Of a stretch of 5,062 nucleotides of DNA, positions 1 to 3,655 are shown in pieces. The notes beneath the pieces are model-generated. The model did no database searches, was not told where the DNA came from, and saw only the letters and a list, made by a program, of their open reading frames with translations. Positions within the stretch are counted from its first letter, which is position 1, and the number at the start of each line of letters is the position of its first letter. The position numbers were made by a program, and so were the translations under genes. Source of the DNA: a virus; IMG/VR virus record IMGVR_UViG_3300045988_114963. One strand, given 5' to 3'.

Positions 1-99
1 GTTTTTTTTAGAAGAACTACCTCTAATAGTAGGAATGACATAATCAGTGCTATCACCAGGATCTTCCTGTTCAAAACAGAAATTCTGCCAGTGTTCCCA
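1..99. repeat. Terminal direct repeat, copy 1 (identical to 4964..5062). It is the assembly overlap of a circular genome, not a biological repeat.
   Basis: Base-by-base comparison shows gtttttttta gaagaactac ... ccagtgttccca at both window ends (99 nt). The VP1 reading frame runs through the junction without a stop when 99 is equated with 5062. Confidence 0.95.
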
Positions 100-366
100 A
101 ACGAGACGATTTGGGACAAAAAAGAAAAACCAGTCCAGATAAATATTATCCATGATAGGCTTAATAGGAGTAGCCAGACGAGCAAAATAATTAACAGACA
201 TCCTAGTAGTATCGCCAGGCAAAACCTCGTCAACAAATATAGGAATAAGCTTACCAGCATCAAAAGTTGTTTTATAGACATGCGAGCGGTCAAATTTTGT
301 CCTTCGCATATACATTGCAGGAGTATCGCTAAAGCGATGTCCTCGAACTCTAATTTTACGAGCCAA
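1..366 (-). CDS. VP1: Major capsid protein VP1 (F-like jelly-roll), N-terminal segment. It continues at 4963 in circular coordinates. The full CDS is 366..1 plus 4963..3656, 557 aa.
   Basis: My translation of the minus strand reads (TTG)ARKIRVRGHRFSDTPAMYMRRTKFDRSHVYKTTFDAGKLIPIFVDEVLPGDTTRMSVNYFARLATPIKPIMDNIYLDWFFFFVPNRLVWEHWQNF... The block FDRSH-KTTFDAG-LIPIF-DEVLPGDT is the conserved gokushovirus VP1 N-terminus. An in-frame TAA lies just upstream (399..401). The TTG at 366..364 is preceded by GAAGGTGA (378..371) at about 5 nt. The first in-frame ATG has no SD and would remove conserved N-terminal residues. The frame joins the 3656..4930 ORF exactly. Confidence 0.88.
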   Translation of the reverse strand, partial: MARKIRVRGHRFSDTPAMYMRRTKFDRSHVYKTTFDAGKLIPIFVDEVLPGDTTRMSVNYFARLATPIKPIMDNIYLDWFFFFVPNRLVWEHWQNFCFEQEDPGDSTDYVIPTIRGSSSKKN

Positions 367-388
367 ATTTTCACCTTCTTTGAAGTGT

Positions 389-428
389 AAACCTAAGAAT
401 TATCCTAAAGCAAATCATTCTTAGGTTT
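389..428. repeat. Perfect 12-bp inverted repeat forming a stem-loop, just upstream of the VP1 ribosome-binding site
   Basis: aaacctaagaat (389..400) is the exact reverse complement of attcttaggttt (417..428). The loop is 16 nt (401..416). Confidence 0.8.
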
Positions 429-440
429 TAGTTTATTTTT

Positions 441-489
441 GCGTCACCTACGCCAGTTATATCAAGTAAGTAACTGGCTTCGGTGACGC
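441..489 (-). promoter_or_regulatory. Large interrupted stem-loop in the VP3-VP1 intergenic region. Candidate viral-strand replication origin (Rep nick site in the loop).
   Basis: The outer stem is gcgtcacc (441..448) paired with ggtgacgc (482..489). A 3x3 internal loop follows, then the inner stem gccagtta (452..459) paired with taactggc (471..478). The minus-sense loop reads CTTACTTGATA. The 9-mer ACTTGATAT (complement of 459..467) is identical to the core of the phiX174 origin CAACTTG^ATATTAATAAC. Confidence 0.5.
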
Positions 490-972
490 CTATTTTTGTG
501 TTTCATTATTATTTTGTTCTAAAGTGTTACTTTTTTCTTGTGTTTGTTCACTACTTAAGGATTGTTGTGGTTCGTAGGAAGTATCTCTGCTACCATACAA
601 GCCTTGTTGTTGGAGATATTCGAGCGTTGCAGGATCATTCAATTGGTTGATGAAATTCATAGGATCGTGACCAAATTTTGCTCGAACGTAAGCGGGCAAA
701 CTGTAGAATTCTTCGCGAACTCCAGACACAAGCTCGAGCGCAGTGCTGTAATCGCCAGGGAGCGTTGCATCTCCGAACTGCAGATAAGCGTATTGAGAAC
801 TATCGCCGAGGTCAAGAGTCATGATGCCTTTCTGACCGTCTGCATACTTATTTACGATGTAATTGATATCAGTTTCATCTTTCTCGTCCTGAACTGTAAG
901 AGAGGGCATGGTAAACTCAATACCGCAATGATCATGTTCTTCTACAGGATCGTAAGCTGTCTTAAATTTCAT
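490..972 (-). CDS. VP3: Internal scaffolding protein VP3
   Basis: This is a 160-aa ORF with ATG at 972, preceded by AAAGGAGGTGA at 5-nt spacing. The N-terminal motif MKFKTAYDP...PSLTVQDEKDETDINYIVNKY matches the conserved gokushovirus VP3 pattern (PS-T-Q--KDE-DIN-I). The C-terminus is acidic and polar. Confidence 0.85.
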   Translation of the reverse strand: MKFKTAYDPVEEHDHCGIEFTMPSLTVQDEKDETDINYIVNKYADGQKGIMTLDLGDSSQYAYLQFGDATLPGDYSTALELVSGVREEFYSLPAYVRAKFGHDPMNFINQLNDPATLEYLQQQGLYGSRDTSYEPQQSLSSEQTQEKSNTLEQNNNETQK

Positions 973-1020
973 AGTTTCACCTCCTTTCGCAGGCGCCTAG
1001 ACGCGGCGGGCGTGGCGTAC

Positions 1021-1055
1021 AAAAAAAGGGCGATCTCCGTGAGATCGTCCTTTTT
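1021..1055 (-). terminator. Rho-independent terminator for minus-strand transcripts (hairpin plus U7)
   Basis: The minus sense reads AAAGGACGATCTC-ACG-GAGATCGCCCTTTTTTT. The arms are 1041..1053 and 1025..1037, with one A/C mismatch in the minus-sense RNA. The GC-rich core is followed directly by seven T (complement of 1021..1027). It lies between the stop of the 96-aa ORF and the VP3 start. Confidence 0.65.
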
Positions 1056-1072
1056 CTGATACGCTCTTTATT

Positions 1073-1101
1073 AGATTATCATTTAGTAGAATCATTGTCA
1101 A
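1073..1101 (-). promoter_or_regulatory. Sigma70-type promoter candidate upstream of VP3, overlapping the 3' end of the 96-aa ORF
   Basis: The minus sense reads TTGACA (1101..1096), then the 17-nt spacer ATGATTCTACTAAATGA ending in TGn, then TAATCT (1078..1073). An alternative -10 is GATAAT (1080..1075) with a 15-nt spacer. Confidence 0.45.
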
Positions 1102-1369
1102 TAGTCTGCACATATTCTATGGCGCGACCAACCATGACAGGAATACGGGACTCGTCACAATTCTCAATGTAATAGCGACCATCGCTGTCACCGAGATTGC
1201 CAATATAATAAAGAGTAAAGTCTTCAGGATACTTTTTAATAAGCATTTTATCATCGTTAACTATACCTTCAAAAGCTCGCAGAGCAAGCATATCGTTGTG
1301 ATAAACCTGCGGAGGACTGAACTGTTCAGCCTTGGAATCATAAATGGAATAAAGTCTCAGCGGAATCAT
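1079..1369 (-). CDS. Small conserved-looking non-structural protein of unknown function (96 aa from ATG 1369, or 102 aa if the TTG at 1387 is used)
   Basis: The ORF is on the same strand as all phage genes and fills the VP4-VP3 gap. Its product MIPLRLYSIYDSKAEQFSPPQVYHNDMLALRAFEGIV... resembles, from memory, a recurrent small Microviridae protein family (-YSIYD-KAE-F-PP...A-R-F). The start is ambiguous. AAGGAG abuts the ATG with no spacing, and the TTG at 1387 has no SD. Confidence 0.65.
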   Translation of the reverse strand: MIPLRLYSIYDSKAEQFSPPQVYHNDMLALRAFEGIVNDDKMLIKKYPEDFTLYYIGNLGDSDGRYYIENCDESRIPVMVGRAIEYVQTIDNDSTK

Positions 1370-1577
1370 CTCCTTTTCTAAGTGCAATTAAATATCTACG
1401 AATCATAAGATAAAGCGTAGCAGATATAACAAAATAATCATTATCAAGACGAATAACCCTACAATCATCAGGCTTTAGACGGTAAGCGGCATATTTACTA
1501 CCACGGAAAAGGTAATTAAAAGGAATATCACGCTCACGACAAAAATTTTTAACAGCTTCAAGTTCACTAATAAGCAT
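1338..1577 (-). CDS. Hypothetical small protein (79 aa) at the VP5/ORF-N position downstream of VP4
   Basis: The ATG at 1577 (the track used GTG at 1580) follows GAGGTG and sits about 20 nt downstream of a strong promoter candidate. The ORF exactly fills the space between VP4 and the next ORF and overlaps that ORF by 32..50 nt in a different frame. I recognise no family motif. Confidence 0.5.
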   Translation of the reverse strand: MLISELEAVKNFCRERDIPFNYLFRGSKYAAYRLKPDDCRVIRLDNDYFVISATLYLMIRRYLIALRKGDDSAETLFHL

Positions 1578-1595
1578 CACCTCACTTCTGACTTA

Positions 1596-1624
1596 ATGAT
1601 AACACAGTCATAATACTTTGTCAA
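1596..1624 (-). promoter_or_regulatory. Sigma70-type promoter candidate for the two small ORFs, overlapping the VP4 stop codon
   Basis: The minus sense reads TTGACA (1624..1619), then the 17-nt spacer AAGTATTATGACTGTGT ending in TGn, then TATCAT (1601..1596, 5 of 6 matches to TATAAT). Confidence 0.55.
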
Positions 1625-2519
1625 GCTTTCTGCCAAGAAAATGTTTATATTTACCTTCCTGAACGCGGCAACGGTCAACCAAACGCTCAAAAGTATTGTT
1701 CTCCAAGTTATGAAGCATCTTCTCAATACGGTTGTTACGAATAAACTCCATCCAGTGAGGATGCGTTTCATCAAATTTCTTATCATAATAACGAGGAGGA
1801 CGCATCTTCTTACCATTGATAACAATATAATCATTGGCATAGCATTCTTCACCATGATCCTCGAGCCATTTGGCACCTATGCCAGGACGATTAGAAGCAA
1901 CCATGAATTCAGGAATGCGACCTTTATAGTGAGAAGAAGCATCTTTACCTGTCTGCTTTTTAACTATATAGCGAGCGACATAGGCAGCAGAATCAAAGCT
2001 AAACTCACCAATAAGATGCATACCGTATTTCCATACTTTGGCAAAACGAGAAGAAGTATAGGTATTATAACCATCTGTACGGAACCGAAAAATTTTGTCA
2101 TCAAAATCAATATTAAACAAAATGTAATGATAATGGGGACGACCATGAAGATCACCATATTCACCACAGCCAAGAAAGCGAATACCACTACCATACTCAC
2201 GACGAAGATTTTTCATAAATGTCTGATGAAATTTCTTGCTTAAGCTTTTATCACGTGGCAAATGATAATCGTCGAAAGTGCAAGTAACGAAATAAGCAGA
2301 AGACGAAGAACGGGCTTCGTGAACAGCACGGACAGCCCACTGTCTGCTATTTTCGAGACGACAGCCAATGCATTGTTTACAAGAACAACGAATGAAACGA
2401 CTATCGCCAGCAAGCTCGGGGTGAGAGGCAAGGCTAGCGTAAAAACTATAATGTTGTTTTCCATTTTTTGTAATTGCTCCCTCAACTGGGTACATAAGAA
2501 TAGGATTATAACAAACCAT
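1608..2519 (-). CDS. VP4: Replication initiation protein VP4 (HUH rolling-circle endonuclease, homologue of phiX174 gpA)
   Basis: The ORF carries RCR motif I FVTCTFDD, motif II GRPHYHYILF (HUH) and motif III AAYVARYIVKK (two Tyr spaced as in the phiX174 gpA active site). An N-terminal Cys cluster reads CSCKQCIGC. The likely start is ATG 2519 (MVCYNPIL...), with AGGTGA 5 nt upstream. The track start at GTG 2528 lies inside that SD. Confidence 0.92.
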   Translation of the reverse strand: MVCYNPILMYPVEGAITKNGKQHYSFYASLASHPELAGDSRFIRCSCKQCIGCRLENSRQWAVRAVHEARSSSSAYFVTCTFDDYHLPRDKSLSKKFHQTFMKNLRREYGSGIRFLGCGEYGDLHGRPHYHYILFNIDFDDKIFRFRTDGYNTYTSSRFAKVWKYGMHLIGEFSFDSAAYVARYIVKKQTGKDASSHYKGRIPEFMVASNRPGIGAKWLEDHGEECYANDYIVINGKKMRPPRYYDKKFDETHPHWMEFIRNNRIEKMLHNLENNTFERLVDRCRVQEGKYKHFLGRKLDKVL

Positions 2520-2536
2520 ATTAATCACCTGTACCG

Positions 2537-2565
2537 ATTGTATCAGGATTAAGTCAGAATGTCAA
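2537..2565 (-). promoter_or_regulatory. Sigma70-type promoter candidate for VP4, overlapping the stop of the Arg-rich ORF
   Basis: The minus sense reads TTGACA (2565..2560), then the 17-nt spacer TTCTGACTTAATCCTGA ending in TGn, then TACAAT (2542..2537, 5 of 6). The VP4 SD and ATG follow about 12 to 18 nt after the -10. Confidence 0.55.
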
Positions 2566-2672
2566 ATCCTAAATCCACCTCGTCCTACTCTCTTAAAATT
2601 TCTGCGACGAGATTTGGAGGTATGCCGAAAGAGACGGCGAGAGCCTCGCTTAGATAAACGACGACGTCTCAT
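2562..2672 (-). CDS. VP8: Small arginine-rich DNA-binding/packaging peptide (VP8, functional analogue of phiX174 J), 36 aa
   Basis: I translated this by hand, as it is absent from the ORF track: MRRRRLSKRGSRRLFRHTSKSRRRNFKRVGRGGFRI*. It is extremely basic and ends in the RGG-aromatic-R-hydrophobic pattern typical of gokushovirus VP8 peptides. Its ATG (2672..2670) overlaps the TGA of the preceding ORF as ATGA. Confidence 0.8.
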   Translation of the reverse strand: MRRRRLSKRGSRRLFRHTSKSRRRNFKRVGRGGFRI

Positions 2673-2908
2673 TTAGCATCCCTCCAAGAACCGAAAAAAC
2701 GGCTAGTTTTTTTAGAATCATTCTTATTAGCAACTGGCTCAACAAGTTGAGCAACATCGGCTTGAAAGTCCGAGGCAACCTTTTTAGCAGTAACAGTATT
2801 CGAAGAAGCTTTACCTTTCAGAGCTTCAATTAGATCTACAACTTCCTGAATAAAAGGGACAACAACGGTGACAATAAAAGTAAGAATCATAGTAGTTTTA
2901 TTAGACAT
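2669..2908 (-). CDS. Hypothetical 79-aa protein with one N-terminal hydrophobic (transmembrane-like) segment. Candidate membrane or lysis protein.
   Basis: The ATG at 2908 is preceded by GGAAGGAG at 8-nt spacing and lies 4 nt after the VP2 stop. The product is MSNKTTMILTFIVTVVVPFIQEVVDLIEALKGKASSNTVTAKKVASDFQADVAQLVEPVANKNDSKKTSRFFGSWRDAK. The ORF occupies its own space between VP2 and VP8. The 145-aa track ORF 2669..3106 is an upstream extension of the same frame into VP2. Confidence 0.7.
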   Translation of the reverse strand: MSNKTTMILTFIVTVVVPFIQEVVDLIEALKGKASSNTVTAKKVASDFQADVAQLVEPVANKNDSKKTSRFFGSWRDAK

Positions 2909-2912
2909 AAAA

Positions 2913-3641
2913 TTATCTCCTTCCGAAATAACGACCTCCGAGGAAGCCAAGTACATTTTTGACACCTGAACCAATACCTTTGTAGAGGGAGGTGGTACCA
3001 CCAACTTTATCTTGAATACCTTTATAAAAATCTCTTTCCATGCCAAGCATCTCAGTCTGCATCTGGTCAAAAGCAGAAGCACTGTTAGACCTAGCTGCCG
3101 AGGCAATATTGCTTAAGGCACCAGACTGAAGATAAGAACCTTGAAGGCGCATATTCTCAAGTTCTAAGCGCATCTTTTCAAGCTCGTAACCAAGACGCTT
3201 TTCATAAGTCTGCTCACGAAGATTCAAATCGTTTGCAAGAATACCGTTCTGAAGAACTGTACCATGGGTACTCTGACGCACAGAATCGGCTTCTGCGACG
3301 TTTTTATCAATTTGAGATATTGCAAGATGCTCGGCATTCTTAGCCTGCCTTTCAGCGGCACTAGCGGCTTTAGCAGAGTTCATAGTAGAGCCTATATCAC
3401 TCATACCTACAGAAGCAGCCGAAGCTCCAGATATAGAACCGCCTATGCCATTAGTTGCGGCAAGAATAGGATTAAGACCAGCCTTGCGCATATCTTCTAC
3501 GGCCCATTGATAACGATGTTTATAGTTTTCAACATTCCACGCGTTAGCCTGTGCGGCATTAGCAGAATTGTAATGATTCTGAACTGCAGATCCTAAAACA
3601 GAACCAGCAACACTGCCTAAAGTATTAGAAAGCCATGACAT
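2913..3641 (-). CDS. VP2: Minor capsid / DNA pilot protein VP2
   Basis: This is a 242-aa ORF. ATG 3641 is preceded by AAGGAG at 8 nt, immediately after the VP1 stop. It has a Gly/Ser/Ala-rich N-terminus, the conserved motif YQWAVEDMRKAGLNPILA (gokushovirus VP2 pattern --AGLNP-LA), and a central heptad-like region EKRLGYELEKMRLELENMRLQ. Confidence 0.85.
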   Translation of the reverse strand: MSWLSNTLGSVAGSVLGSAVQNHYNSANAAQANAWNVENYKHRYQWAVEDMRKAGLNPILAATNGIGGSISGASAASVGMSDIGSTMNSAKAASAAERQAKNAEHLAISQIDKNVAEADSVRQSTHGTVLQNGILANDLNLREQTYEKRLGYELEKMRLELENMRLQGSYLQSGALSNIASAARSNSASAFDQMQTEMLGMERDFYKGIQDKVGGTTSLYKGIGSGVKNVLGFLGGRYFGRR

Positions 3642-3655
3642 AAAACCAACTCCTT

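Noticed and set aside
1-99. Terminal repeats as biological LTR/DTR or transposon ends
   Set aside because: The repeat is direct and exact, and it lies inside the VP1 coding sequence. Joining the copies restores a single intact capsid gene. This is the signature of a circular contig overlap.
91-390. Plus-strand ORFs in the track (91..390, 562..1059, 1641..2243, 2262..2552, 3264..3596, 3662..4264)
   Set aside because: Each lies antisense to a minus-strand gene with clear Microviridae motifs (VP1, VP3, VP4, VP2). None has a convincing SD and start, and their products are low-complexity with no recognisable motifs. Microviridae transcribe only one strand. They are shadow ORFs produced by codon bias.
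1440-1448. Second partial origin-like motif CTTGATAAT on the coding strand
   Set aside because: Only 7 nt match the phiX174 origin core. It lies inside a coding region and is not in a hairpin. A match of this length is expected by chance.
1577-2485. Very hydrophobic alternative-frame ORFs on the coding strand inside VP4 (1577..1876, 1964..2200, 2240..2485). They are tempting as phiX174 E-like embedded lysis genes.
   Set aside because: Their starts are TTG or GTG with no SD. The internal ATG of 2240..2485 has GGGAG 12 nt away, which is too far. Similar Leu/Ile/Val-rich ORFs also occur in the alternative frames of VP1. That is the expected by-product of a T-rich coding strand placing T at codon position 2. 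This cannot be excluded without conservation analysis, but the sequence signals do not support it.
2669-3106. 145-aa version of the ORF ending at 2669
   Set aside because: The upstream 66 codons overlap the C-terminal third of VP2 in another frame and begin at a non-ATG codon without an SD. The internal ATG at 2908 has a strong SD and lies just past the VP2 stop, so the 79-aa form is the real gene.
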